Shown: positions 38,128-47,050, counted from the first letter of the stretch. The stretch: DNA of 64,000 nt from Betaproteobacteria bacterium (GCA_947466535.1 CANIEV010000002.1:1432-65431); one strand, 5' to 3'. Numbers and translations: made by a program. Notes: generated by a model not told the origin, from the letters alone.

Positions 38128-38436
38128 TCAATTCGATTTCTGAGTAGCGAAGTAGGCGGCAACCGCATCAATCTGTTCGTCCGTGTAGCCCTTCGACAGT
38201 TGATGCATTATGGTCGCGGGGCGCTTCCCTTCCCGGAACTCGCGCATCTGCCTGGATATGAATTCCGCAGATTGTCCGGCAAGCGCAGGCATTCCACCGA
38301 CACTTTTCCCGTTCGTTCCATGGCAGTTGGCACAATTCGCCGCAATGTTGCGGCCGGCGTTGCGGTCGATCGTTTGAGCGTGTGCGAGGAGAGATACAGA
38401 CGACAACGCGAGCGCCGCTGCGTACTTGTTGAGCAT
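38128..38436 (-). CDS. monoheme c-type cytochrome, probable FccA partner of FccB
   Basis: Signal peptide ending AHAQ and a single CANCH heme motif. It lies 10 nt upstream of fccB. GAGGA RBS. Confidence 0.75.
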   Translation of the reverse strand: MLNKYAAALALSSVSLLAHAQTIDRNAGRNIAANCANCHGTNGKSVGGMPALAGQSAEFISRQMREFREGKRPATIMHQLSKGYTDEQIDAVAAYFATQKSN

Positions 38437-38545
38437 GACGAGTCCTCGAGCAGTAAATCCGTTAGGGCGGGGCAATTGAGTGTTATTGCAGGTACGCCAG
38501 CTGTCAAGCTCTGACACGTTGGCAGGGCTAATACATCCACTCCAA

Positions 38546-38575
38546 ACGAAAGGCCGCCATCTGGCGGCCTTTCGT
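38546..38575 (-). terminator. intrinsic terminator downstream of clpA
   Basis: 13-bp stem ACGAAAGGCCGCC/GGCGGCCTTTCGT with loop ATCT. On the minus strand it is followed by TTGG, a short U-tract. Confidence 0.6.
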
Positions 38576-38595
38576 CTCACAGTGGACCCCGCCGA

Positions 38596-40869
38596 TCAGG
38601 TCTGGGGAGCAACTTCAGGTTGTTTCTTTTCCACGAACTGAAGTAGGACTTTCCCGGATTCATCGATGTCAATTGTGACTCGACCGCCATCGGCGAGTTT
38701 GCCGAACAGCAATTCGTCAGCCAAAGCGCGCCTGATCGTATCCTGAATGAGCCGGGACATCGGTCGCGCACCCATAAGGGGGTCAAATCCGTTCTTCGCA
38801 AGCCATTCCCTTAGCTTGTCTGTGAAAAGAGCCTCGACTTTCTTCGCTTCGAGTTGAGCCTCCAGTTGCAGGAGGAATTTGTCCACAACGCGGAGGATGA
38901 TGTCGTTGTCAAGTGCCCGGAAGGATATGGTGGCATCGAGGCGATTCCGGAATTCCGGAGAGAACATCCGCTTGATTGCCTCCATTTCGTCGCCGACTTC
39001 CTTCTTGGCGGTAAAACCCATGACCGCCTTGTTCAGTGCTTCCGCGCCCGCATTGGTCGTCATTATTATGGTGACGTTCCGGAAGTCAGCCTTGCGCCCG
39101 TTATTGTCGGTCAGAGTGCCGTGATCCATCACCTGCAGAAGGATATTGAAAATGTCCGGGTGAGCCTTCTCGATTTCGTCCAGAAGAAGCACGGAGTAGG
39201 GCTTCTTAGTGACGCCCTCTGTCAGGAGGCCACCCTGGTCGAATCCGACGTATCCAGGAGGCGCGCCGATCAGTCGCGATACGGCATGGCGTTCCATGTA
39301 TTCCGACATATCGAAGCGAATCAATTCCACTCCGAGAATTAGCGCCAACTGTCGCGCGACCTCGGTCTTTCCGACACCGGTGGGGCCAGAGAAAAGGAAG
39401 CTGCCAATCGGCTTCTGGGGGCTGCCAAGACCCGAACGCGCGGTGCGAATCGCGGACACAAGCGCATCGATCGCCTTTTCCTGGCCAAAAACGACCGCCT
39501 TGAGATCCCGATCGAGTGTCTTCAGTGCGGTGCGATCGTCCTGTGACACCGTCGCAGGAGGGATTCTCGCGATTTTTGCGACGATTTCCTCGATCTCGAG
39601 TTTTCCGATGACCTTCTTTTGCTTGGATTTAGGGAGAATTTTTTGCGCCGCACCGGCTTCGTCGATAACGTCAATCGCTTTGTCTGGAAGATGACGATCG
39701 GTAATAAACCGGGACGACAACTCAGCAGCGGTTTCGAGAGAGGCGAGATTGTATTTGACGCCGTGATGCGCTTCAAAGCGCGACTTCAGGCCCTTGAGGA
39801 TCTGTACGGTTTCGTCGATCGACGGCTCGGGCACATCGATTTTCTGGAATCGACGGGATAACGCATGGTCCTTCTCGAATACTCCGCGGTACTCGTTATA
39901 GGTTGTAGCTCCAATGCACTTTAGCGCCCCCGAAGATAGAGCTGGCTTGAGCAAGTTGGACGCATCAAGGGTGCCTCCCGATGCTGCACCGGCGCCAATC
40001 AGAGTATGGATTTCATCTATGAAAAGGATCGTATTCGGGTTGTCGACAATCTGTTTTAGAACCGCCTTCAGACGCTGTTCGAAGTCACCACGGTATTTTG
40101 TGCCTGCCAGCAGGGCTCCCATGTCGAGCGAATGGACTTGGCAACGAGCCAGAATTTCGGGGACCTGACCCTCGACAATGCGCCGTGCCAGACCTTCTGC
40201 GATTGCTGTCTTGCCGACGCCAGCTTCACCTACAAGCAACGGGTTGTTTTTTCTTCTGCGGCAGAGCGTTTGAATTACGCGTTCGAGTTCGCGATCGCGC
40301 CCGATCAGTGGGTCGATCTTGCCAACCAGCGCGAGCGCATTCAGGTTTGACGTGTAGGTTTCGAGCGCTCCACCGGACTGCTGCTCTTCTGTTGTCTGTT
40401 CTTCCTGTTCCGCCGGCTTTTGCTCTTTTGCTGCCGGAGCCTTGGTAATACCATGCGAAATGAAATTTACAACATCGAGACGGGTTACCCCTTGTTGGTG
40501 GAGGAAATAGACAGCGTGCGAATCCTTTTCGCCGAAGATCGCGACGAGTACGTTGGCGCCTGTAACTTCCTTTTTCCCGGAGGACTGGACGTGAAGGATT
40601 GCACGCTGAATAACACGCTGAAATCCCAGCGTCGGCTGGGTGTCAATTTCCTCGGTACCGGCTACGGTAGGAGTATGCGCGTTGATAAAGTCTGCAAGTG
40701 CCTTCCTTAGCTCGTCGATGTTTGCTGCGCAAGCGCGCAGCACTTCTGCCGCGGTCGGGTTGTCCAGTAGGGCGAGAAGCAGATGCTCCACAGTAATGAA
40801 CTCATGCCGCTTCTGGCGGGCCTCCACAAATGCCATGTGCAGACTGACTTCGAGTTCTTGCGCGATCAT
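38596..40869 (-). CDS. clpA: ATP-dependent Clp protease ATP-binding subunit ClpA
   Basis: Clp N-domain plus two AAA+ modules (GEAGVGKT and GPTGVGKT Walker A motifs), 757 aa. Confidence 0.95.
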   Translation of the reverse strand: MIAQELEVSLHMAFVEARQKRHEFITVEHLLLALLDNPTAAEVLRACAANIDELRKALADFINAHTPTVAGTEEIDTQPTLGFQRVIQRAILHVQSSGKKEVTGANVLVAIFGEKDSHAVYFLHQQGVTRLDVVNFISHGITKAPAAKEQKPAEQEEQTTEEQQSGGALETYTSNLNALALVGKIDPLIGRDRELERVIQTLCRRRKNNPLLVGEAGVGKTAIAEGLARRIVEGQVPEILARCQVHSLDMGALLAGTKYRGDFEQRLKAVLKQIVDNPNTILFIDEIHTLIGAGAASGGTLDASNLLKPALSSGALKCIGATTYNEYRGVFEKDHALSRRFQKIDVPEPSIDETVQILKGLKSRFEAHHGVKYNLASLETAAELSSRFITDRHLPDKAIDVIDEAGAAQKILPKSKQKKVIGKLEIEEIVAKIARIPPATVSQDDRTALKTLDRDLKAVVFGQEKAIDALVSAIRTARSGLGSPQKPIGSFLFSGPTGVGKTEVARQLALILGVELIRFDMSEYMERHAVSRLIGAPPGYVGFDQGGLLTEGVTKKPYSVLLLDEIEKAHPDIFNILLQVMDHGTLTDNNGRKADFRNVTIIMTTNAGAEALNKAVMGFTAKKEVGDEMEAIKRMFSPEFRNRLDATISFRALDNDIILRVVDKFLLQLEAQLEAKKVEALFTDKLREWLAKNGFDPLMGARPMSRLIQDTIRRALADELLFGKLADGGRVTIDIDESGKVLLQFVEKKQPEVAPQT

Positions 40870-41178
40870 CTAAGTTTCCTCCATCACGCACTGCAAAGGG
40901 TGCTGGTGCTTTCGGGCATACGCAGCCACCTGCTCAACCTTGGTGGTCGCTATATCTTTAGGGTAGACACCGCAGATCCCCATGCCTTCTCTATGCACTT
41001 TGAGCATGACTTGCGTCGCCTTCTCCTGATTTAATGAGAAGAACTTCTGCAGAACCAGAACGACGAACTCCATCGGAGTGTAGTCGTCATTCAGTAGGAT
41101 GACTTTGTATAGCGGTGGTGGCTTGAGTTTGCTCTTCTTTGCCTCAAGAACTGTACCGTCCCTAGCCCGTGTCGCCAT
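40870..41178 (-). CDS. clpS: ATP-dependent Clp protease adaptor ClpS
   Basis: [20 protein letters not shown] and [12 protein letters not shown]. The stop codon TAG abuts the clpA ATG. Confidence 0.95.
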   Translation of the reverse strand: MATRARDGTVLEAKKSKLKPPPLYKVILLNDDYTPMEFVVLVLQKFFSLNQEKATQVMLKVHREGMGICGVYPKDIATTKVEQVAAYARKHQHPLQCVMEET

Positions 41179-41433
41179 ACGTATCGCAAGTTAAGTCAGA
41201 AGATAGCGTGCGTCAAACGCCTTAGTGCAAGCCCTGTACGAGAGGTAATCGCGACAGATCATGCAGAGTCCATGCAATCTGTCACCAGATGACTCTGCCA
41301 CACTACCTTCGTTTGAATTGCCGGATCGCATTTTTCATTATTTTCACACGATTCGAGCTGTCTCCTGTTGGGGGAACTTTTTAAGTGTTCGGGAGACTTG
41401 CGGATGGCCGGATTTCCTCGCTTTTGAGGCGTC

Positions 41434-41462
41434 TTGACGACTATTTTCAAAACGCGTAAAAA
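41434..41462 (+). promoter_or_regulatory. sigma70-type promoter of the cold-shock-domain gene
   Basis: TTGACG, a 17-nt spacer, then TAAAAA. This leaves a leader of about 105 nt, as is usual for csp genes. Confidence 0.5.
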
Positions 41463-41571
41463 AGCGGCGTGTCTGTTCCTTCGGGGGCTTTCGTGGACGA
41501 GGGTCAGAGTGTTCCTGAGGAACCAGGCTTGGTCCGGCTACGTCCGGAGGTCAACGAGTGAGGAAGGATCT

Positions 41572-41778
41572 ATGCCAACCGGTACCGTGAAATGGTTCAA
41601 CGATGCTAAGGGGTTCGGCTTTATCACGCCGGACGATGGGGGCGAGGACTTGTTCGCTCATTTCTCAGCGATACAGATGAGCGGCTTCAAGACTCTCAAG
41701 GAGGGGCAGAAAGTCAGGTTCGAGGTCACTCAGGGACCCAAGGGAAAACAGGCGGCGAATATCCAGTCCAACAGTTGA
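41572..41778 (+). CDS. cold-shock domain protein (CspA/CspD family)
   Basis: [31 protein letters not shown] carries the RNP1 and RNP2 motifs. It is divergent from clpS, as cspD is in E. coli. Confidence 0.9.
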   Translation: MPTGTVKWFNDAKGFGFITPDDGGEDLFAHFSAIQMSGFKTLKEGQKVRFEVTQGPKGKQAANIQSNS

Positions 41779-41793
41779 CGTGCAAGTAACGTG

Positions 41794-41824
41794 AAAAAAA
41801 GACGGGCGCTCTCCGCGCCCGTCT
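41794..41824. terminator. intrinsic terminator between the csp and icd genes (strongest for icd on the minus strand)
   Basis: 10-bp stem AGACGGGCGC/GCGCCCGTCT. On the minus strand it is followed by TTTTTTT. Confidence 0.75.
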
Positions 41825-41855
41825 ATTCGGTCAATCGATTACCGATATTTCCCGG

Positions 41856-43070
41856 TCAGTTCATTTTGTCCCGAAGGCCGGCGTCTACGGCATCCATGAA
41901 CGCCTCGGTTGTCAGGTAGGGGTGGTCCGGCCTGATCAGGATCGCAAGATCCTTGGTCATTTCGCCTGCTTCGACCGTATCCACGCACACCTTTTCCAGC
42001 GTTTCCGCAAACTTCACCACCTCGGGTGTTCCGTCCATGCGGCCACGGTACTGCAGACCGCGTGTCCAGGCAAAAATGGATGCGATGGGGTTTGTGGAGG
42101 TCGGCTTTCCCTGCTGGTGCATGCGGTAGTGCCGCGTGACCGTGCCGTGCGCCGCCTCGGATTCCACGGTCTTGCCGTCCGGTGAGGTGAGGACGGAGGT
42201 CATCAGGCCCAGGGATCCGTATCCCTGAGCTACGGTATCCGATTGCACGTCACCGTCGTAGTTCTTGCAGGCCCAGAGGTATCCGCCACTCCATTTCAGG
42301 TTCGAGGCGACCATATCGTCAATCAGGCGGTGCTCGTACGTAAGTCCCTTGCCGTCAAAGGCCTTCTTGAACTCGTTCTCAAAAATCTCCTGGAAGAGAT
42401 TCTTGAAGCGGCCGTCATAGACCTTCAGGATCGTGTTCTTCGTCGACAGGTAGACGGGGTAATTTCTTGCGATAGCGTAGTTAAAGCACGCGCGAGCAAA
42501 GCCCTTAATGGACTCGTCGAGGTTGTACATCGCCATGACGACGCCGGCCCCGGGAGCCTTGAATACCTCCTTTTCGACGGGCGCACTGCCATCGCTGGGG
42601 GTGTAGACCAGTTTTAGTGTACCGGGGCCGGGAAACTGGTAGTCGGTGGCGCGGTACTGGTCGCCAAAGCCGTGACGAGCCACCACCACCGGTGTATTCC
42701 AGTGAGGGACAAGCCGGGGCACATTTTTGCAGATGATCGGCTCACGAAAAATCGTGCCATCGAGGATATTGCGGATAGTCCCGTTCGGGCTTTTCCACAT
42801 TTGCTTGAGTTTGAATTCCGTTACTCGAGCTTCATCCGGGGTAATCGTCGCGCATTTGACCGCTATGCCGTGCTTCTGGGTTGCCTTGGCAGAGTCGATC
42901 GTGATCTGGTCATCGGTGCGATCCCGCGCTTCGATTCCCAGGTCGTAATACTTGAGGTCGACATCGAGGTACGGCAGTATCAGCTTTTCGCGAATACGCT
43001 GCCAGATAATGCGTGTCATCTCGTCCCCATCCATCTCGACGATTGGGTTTTTGACCTTGATCTTGCTCAC
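41856..43070 (-). CDS. icd: NADP-dependent isocitrate dehydrogenase, homodimeric type II (eukaryote/alphaproteobacteria-like)
   Basis: [38 protein letters not shown] and NYDGDVQSD. The GTG at 43070 gives the canonical N-terminus and has AGGAG upstream. The ATG at 43139 would add 23 non-conserved residues. Confidence 0.9.
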   Translation of the reverse strand: MSKIKVKNPIVEMDGDEMTRIIWQRIREKLILPYLDVDLKYYDLGIEARDRTDDQITIDSAKATQKHGIAVKCATITPDEARVTEFKLKQMWKSPNGTIRNILDGTIFREPIICKNVPRLVPHWNTPVVVARHGFGDQYRATDYQFPGPGTLKLVYTPSDGSAPVEKEVFKAPGAGVVMAMYNLDESIKGFARACFNYAIARNYPVYLSTKNTILKVYDGRFKNLFQEIFENEFKKAFDGKGLTYEHRLIDDMVASNLKWSGGYLWACKNYDGDVQSDTVAQGYGSLGLMTSVLTSPDGKTVESEAAHGTVTRHYRMHQQGKPTSTNPIASIFAWTRGLQYRGRMDGTPEVVKFAETLEKVCVDTVEAGEMTKDLAILIRPDHPYLTTEAFMDAVDAGLRDKMN

Positions 43071-43333
43071 GCAGAAGCTCCTGTAGCGGGTGGTTGTTTG
43101 TAGAAGATGGGGTATGCAAATCGAAGCCCTGGACCGCACGGCTGCCCAAGGCCACGAATTCGAAGCACCAAGCCCCTCATGTCGTCGTCAGTATACCAAA
43201 CGACACGAGTTGCTTCCCTGAAGTGTCAACCGGCGGCGGCACTAATGCGTTACGCGCCAATCGACTCGCCCGGAATATTGGGTCTCGGGGAGGCGATATT
43301 GCTGCGTATCGCTGCTTCCTAAAAGGGAATTAT

Positions 43334-43546
43334 ATGAAAGCCGTACTTGCTGCCGTTGTTGCACTGGCGATTGCCTCCTTGAGTTCGATCTCGCTTGCGC
43401 AACAGCCTGCCCCTGCGCAGCCTGCCGCACAACAACCCGCTCCCGCAGTGGAAGCCCCGAAAGCGAACGCGCCCAAGGCGGGAAAGGCCAAAGCGAAAAA
43501 AGCAAAAGGGGCAAAGAAAGCGAAGCGTCGCGCAAAGGCTATTTGA
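43334..43546 (+). CDS. small secreted low-complexity protein (70 aa): signal peptide plus a Pro/Ala/Gln-rich and Lys/Ala-rich tail
   Basis: MKAVLAAVVALAIASLSSISLA then QQPAPAQPAAQQPAPAVEAPKANAPKAGKAKAKKAKGAKKAKRRAKAI. AAGGGA RBS. Low-complexity composition makes the coding call less certain. Confidence 0.5.
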   Translation: MKAVLAAVVALAIASLSSISLAQQPAPAQPAAQQPAPAVEAPKANAPKAGKAKAKKAKGAKKAKRRAKAI

Positions 43547-43638
43547 GAACCGTTCAATACTGTCCAGTCGGGTTTGGGTGGCGGATCGTTTGCTTCGGGT
43601 CATTTGCCGTCAACCTGGAACCGGATTGCGCGTTATTT

Positions 43639-43686
43639 GAACTGACCGGATGGAAATCCGGTGAACTGACCGGATGGAAATCCGGT
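43639..43686. repeat. perfect tandem duplication of the 24-bp unit GAACTGACCGGATGGAAATCCGGT
   Basis: Two identical units lie at 43639..43662 and 43663..43686. Each contains the dyad ACCGGA-N6-TCCGGT. The repeat ends 33 nt before the sORF-1 ATG. Confidence 0.95.
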
Positions 43687-43719
43687 CGATCCTAAGTTGC
43701 AACCACAGAGAGGAAAACC

Positions 43720-43839
43720 ATGAACAAGATTCTTGCGATCGTCCTGGCTTCGATTTTTGCCGCTGTAAGCTTCAGCGCCGTTGCGGCGGACAAAAAAGAC
43801 GAAAAGAAACACGAAAAGAAAGACGAAAAGAAGAAGTAA
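43720..43839 (+). CDS. 39-aa small ORF: signal peptide plus Lys/Glu/Asp peptide ([39 protein letters not shown])
   Basis: GAGAGGAAAA RBS 3-4 nt before the ATG, a hydrophobic Sec-like leader with AVA-A, and its own terminator. A paralog lies at 44053. The ORF is absent from the ORF track because it is under 60 aa. Confidence 0.6.
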   Translation: MNKILAIVLASIFAAVSFSAVAADKKDEKKHEKKDEKKK

Positions 43840-43862
43840 GCATTCTTCTTCAGCATCAACTC

Positions 43863-43891
43863 AAAAGGCAGGTTTTCAACCTGCCTTTTTT
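43863..43891 (+). terminator. intrinsic terminator after sORF-1
   Basis: AAAAGGCAGGTT-TTC-AACCTGCCTTTT followed by TTG TTTT. Confidence 0.8.
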
Positions 43892-43907
43892 GTTTTCTTA
43901 CAGGGAC

Positions 43908-43936
43908 TTGACCGTTCGGAAACATCCCTCGATAAT
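43908..43936 (+). promoter_or_regulatory. sigma70-type promoter of sORF-2
   Basis: TTGACC, a 17-nt spacer, then GATAAT. The -10 lies about 115 nt upstream of the sORF-2 ATG. Confidence 0.55.
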
Positions 43937-44052
43937 CCTTCCCACAGTAATTTCGGACCTCAGCGTAGGAAGTTTGCGCTGCAAAACAAGAACCGATTGC
44001 TGGTTGATCGAAGTAAATTGAAATTTACCCAACAACGCAGAGAGGGAATTAA

Positions 44053-44172
44053 ATGAACAAGATCGTCGCCGTTATCCTTGCCGCCATGTTCGCTGCCGTC
44101 AGCTTCAACGCGGTTGCCGCCGACAAGAAAGATGAAAAGAAAGCGGAAAAGAAGGACGAAAAGAAGAAGTAA
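44053..44172 (+). CDS. 39-aa small ORF, paralog of sORF-1 ([39 protein letters not shown])
   Basis: GAGAGGGAA RBS and its own terminator. 32 of 39 residues are identical to sORF-1, with 14 silent against 7 replacement codon differences. Confidence 0.6.
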   Translation: MNKIVAVILAAMFAAVSFNAVAADKKDEKKAEKKDEKKK

Positions 44173-44188
44173 TTCTTCAATAGAGTCG

Positions 44189-44220
44189 CAAAAGGCAGGG
44201 TTTATCCCTGCCTTTTTCTT
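44189..44220 (+). terminator. intrinsic terminator after sORF-2
   Basis: AAAGGCAGGG-TTTAT-CCCTGCCTTT followed by TTCTTTT. Confidence 0.8.
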
Positions 44221-44254
44221 TTGTGGCATTCCAATGCAAATACCAACCCATACC

Positions 44255-44695
44255 ATGCTGAAACGTGCGGTCCTTTGCGTGCTGTTGGTTCTGGCTTCGC
44301 GTGTGACCTGTGCGCAGCAACTCCCGCATTTTCCCCTCAGGGCGGGAATGCACCTGATACAGGCCGAGTTGGCGCATACCTTTGACACACGCTCCCGGGG
44401 ACTGATGTTTCGGGAGTCTCTCGGGCCCAATCAGGGAATGCTATTTGTGTTCGAAGGAGCCGGCAGGCAATGCATGTGGATGCGAAATACGCTTATCCCT
44501 CTTTCCGTCGCTTTTCTTGATGCAGACGGAACCATCGCAAACATCGCCGATATGCAGCCCAAAAGTGAGCAGACTCACTGCGCGGTTCGGGACGTGAATT
44601 TCGCGCTTGAAATGGACAAGGGCTGGTTCGCGGCGAGAGGCATAAAGCCCGGGGCGAAAATCGTCGGGATCGACAAAGCGCCCGGTCCGAGGTGA
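44255..44695 (+). CDS. DUF192 domain-containing protein with signal peptide
   Basis: MLKRAVLCVLLVLASRVTCAQQ leader, then GLMFRESLGPNQGMLFVF, WMRNTLIPLSVAFLD and ALEMDKGWF as in DUF192 (COG1430). An alternative ATG lies at 44234. Confidence 0.75.
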   Translation: MLKRAVLCVLLVLASRVTCAQQLPHFPLRAGMHLIQAELAHTFDTRSRGLMFRESLGPNQGMLFVFEGAGRQCMWMRNTLIPLSVAFLDADGTIANIADMQPKSEQTHCAVRDVNFALEMDKGWFAARGIKPGAKIVGIDKAPGPR

Positions 44696-44740
44696 TTCGA
44701 AATCAAGCGTTGGTTGTCGTCATTCGATTGAGCAACCAAT

Positions 44741-44767
44741 AAAAAACCCGCGTGGACTCCACGCGGG
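44741..44767 (-). terminator. intrinsic terminator downstream of sodB (hairpin shared with the DUF192 gene)
   Basis: 9-bp stem CCCGCGTGG/CCACGCGGG. On the minus strand it is followed by TTTTTTATT. Confidence 0.75.
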
Positions 44768-44787
44768 CTTGGAAGCAGCTTTTAGGC

Positions 44788-45366
44788 TCAGCCGAAGTGC
44801 TTCGCGGCAAATTCCCAGTTCACAAGATTCCAGAATGCGCCCACATAGTCGGGGCGTCGATTGCGGTAATCGACGTAATACGCATGCTCCCAGACGTCGC
44901 AGGTGATCAGCGCGGTGTCCGACCCGGTGAGGGGCGTGCCAGCGCCTGTGGTATTCACGATATCGACAGTTCCATCGGCTTTCTTGACCAGCCAGGTCCA
45001 GCCGGAGCCGAAATTGCTGACGGCACTCTTGGTGAAGGCGTCCTTGAACGCATCGAATGAGCCCCACTTCTTGTCGATCGCGGCGGCAAGTGCTCCGCTG
45101 GGCTTTCCTCCGCCTTTGGGCGACAGGCTGTTCCAGTAGAACGTGTGGTTCCAGATCTGGGCTGAATTATTGAAGACCCCGGCCGAGGACTTCTTGATGA
45201 TTTCCTCGAGCGAGAGATTTTCGAACTCCGTGCCCTTGATCAGGTTGTTGAGGTTGGTCGCGTACGCCTGATGGTGTTTCCCGTAGTGGAATTCCAGGGT
45301 TTCCTTCGAAATGTGCGGCTGCAGCGCGTCCATCGCATAGGGAAGCGGCGGCAATTTGTGTTCCAT
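44788..45366 (-). CDS. sodB: Fe superoxide dismutase
   Basis: [31 protein letters not shown] and [18 protein letters not shown]. Collinear with E. coli SodB. Confidence 0.95.
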   Translation of the reverse strand: MEHKLPPLPYAMDALQPHISKETLEFHYGKHHQAYATNLNNLIKGTEFENLSLEEIIKKSSAGVFNNSAQIWNHTFYWNSLSPKGGGKPSGALAAAIDKKWGSFDAFKDAFTKSAVSNFGSGWTWLVKKADGTVDIVNTTGAGTPLTGSDTALITCDVWEHAYYVDYRNRRPDYVGAFWNLVNWEFAAKHFG

Positions 45367-45493
45367 GACGGTCTCCGGTGATCTGAAATTACAGCGGACA
45401 GAAAAAGAAGTACTGCGGGATAGTCCCGAGACTTACATCGCAAGCGGGTCCCGATTGTAGGAAAGATCGGGGCAAGCCGCAAATCGGCCTGCG

Positions 45494-46858
45494 TCAAGGG
45501 GTGCGAGGCGGCATGATTTCTGCCAAGGCGGATCCCTGCGCAAAAGTGATTTCAATCTTCTGGTGTGTCGAAAGAGTTGCACTGTTCCGCACCAGTGTGC
45601 CGCTGCCGGCATCGCGGACGAGGCTGAAGCCGCGCTCAAGGACCCGTTGAGGGTTCAGATGTGCCAGATTGGTTTCGAGCGAGGCGAGGTAGTCCGTGCG
45701 TTGCCTTGCGGCAATCGACCAGCGGTTGACAAGGCGGGCTCGAAGGCTTGCAGCGAGTTGCGCAAGGCGGTCGAGGTCCGGCGCCTGAAGCCGGGTCCGG
45801 TGCTGCAGTTCCCGTAGCTTCCAGACACGATCACCGAACATTGAGGCGGTGGCGCGGGACAGACGGGTTGCCAGGCCATCGACGGCCTGGCGCCGTTCAT
45901 CCAGTCTGCGGGCGGGATGTACCAATCGGCGCAGGACGCTGTCGAGGAACTGCTCCTTGATTTCCAGCGTGCGTCGAGTCCGCTGTCGGATCCGACCGGT
46001 GAGCGTGCTCACATGCGCCAGCAGTTCGGCGCGAGAGGGGCTCACGAGCTCAGCGGCGGCGGTTGGCGTCGGCGCTCGTTTATCCGCGGCGAAATCCGCA
46101 ATCGTGAAATCGGTTTCATGTCCGATCCCGGTGACGACCGGAATCGGACAATTCCGTATCGCCCTTGCGACCGACTCGTCGTTGAATGACCAAAGGTCTT
46201 CGATGCTGCCGCCGCCTCGGCAGAGCAACAAAACGTCGCACTCCGCCCTCATCCCGGCGTTGTTGATCGCCGCGGTAATTTCGCGAGCTGCCGACTCACC
46301 CTGAACTGTCGTCGGGTAAATCACCACACCTATCGCGGGATTCCTGCGCGAAAGTGTGGTGAGTACATCACGCAATGCGGCGGCCTTGAGAGAAGTGACT
46401 ACGCCGATGCGCTGCGGAGACGTGGGCAGCGGGCGCTTGAGGTCTTCCTCAAACAGCCCCTCTCGGGACAACTTATCCTTCAATCGAAGAAACGCCTCGT
46501 AAAGCGCCCCAATGCCTGCACGTCGCGCTGCTTCGACGACCAGCTGGTAATCACCGCGTGCTTCGTAAAGGGTGACCAAGCCCTGGACTTCGACTTGCAT
46601 TCCGTCGGCCGGACGCCATTCGACGTACTGGAAACGGTTGCGAAACATCGCGCAACGGATCTGCGATTGCGAGTCCTTGAGCGAGAAGTACGCGTGTCCG
46701 GATTTCGCGACCATGAAGTTTGAAATTTCCCCCCTGACCCAAAGCAGCGGGTATCGGTGCTCGAGCAGGTCTCGAACACTCCGATTGAGCTGCGAAACGC
46801 TGAGAATTTCCGTTGGCATTCCGCCGGTAACCCGCGCCAAATCTGGATCTGTAGGCAT
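45494..46858 (-). CDS. xseA: exodeoxyribonuclease VII large subunit
   Basis: LSVSQLNRSVRDLLE, VRGEISNF, HAYFSLKD and PVVTGIGHETDFTIADF. Confidence 0.9.
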   Translation of the reverse strand: MPTDPDLARVTGGMPTEILSVSQLNRSVRDLLEHRYPLLWVRGEISNFMVAKSGHAYFSLKDSQSQIRCAMFRNRFQYVEWRPADGMQVEVQGLVTLYEARGDYQLVVEAARRAGIGALYEAFLRLKDKLSREGLFEEDLKRPLPTSPQRIGVVTSLKAAALRDVLTTLSRRNPAIGVVIYPTTVQGESAAREITAAINNAGMRAECDVLLLCRGGGSIEDLWSFNDESVARAIRNCPIPVVTGIGHETDFTIADFAADKRAPTPTAAAELVSPSRAELLAHVSTLTGRIRQRTRRTLEIKEQFLDSVLRRLVHPARRLDERRQAVDGLATRLSRATASMFGDRVWKLRELQHRTRLQAPDLDRLAQLAASLRARLVNRWSIAARQRTDYLASLETNLAHLNPQRVLERGFSLVRDAGSGTLVRNSATLSTHQKIEITFAQGSALAEIMPPRTP

Positions 46859-46950
46859 CGGTTGATTCTAACCTACCCACACTGGGACGACGCGTTTCGG
46901 CGATCCGGTGCGCTTGACGTTCCGTCACTGGGAAGTACTTCCTAAGTACA

Positions 46951-46970
46951 TGATTATTAATGATAATAAG
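46951..46970. promoter_or_regulatory. AT-rich imperfect dyad TGATTATTAATGATAATAAG, Fur-box-like
   Basis: It contains AATGATAAT, matches about 12 of 19 positions of the E. coli Fur consensus by my alignment, and overlaps a possible xseA promoter (TTGAAC-N17-TAATCA on the minus strand). Confidence 0.3.
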
Positions 46971-47050
46971 TTCGTTCAAAAAAGAGTCAAACAAAGAAAT
47001 CCCCTTGAAAACACGCGATTTATGAGAAATCTCTACAGGCTATGCACATA

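Noticed and set aside
38470-38530. A possible sigma54 promoter (TGGCGT...TGCA) lies upstream of the cytochrome c/fccB pair.
   Set aside because: The GG and GC elements are 3 nt too close for the -24/-12 spacing. A weak sigma70-like TTGACA-N17-AACACT is possible, but it is not convincing enough to list.
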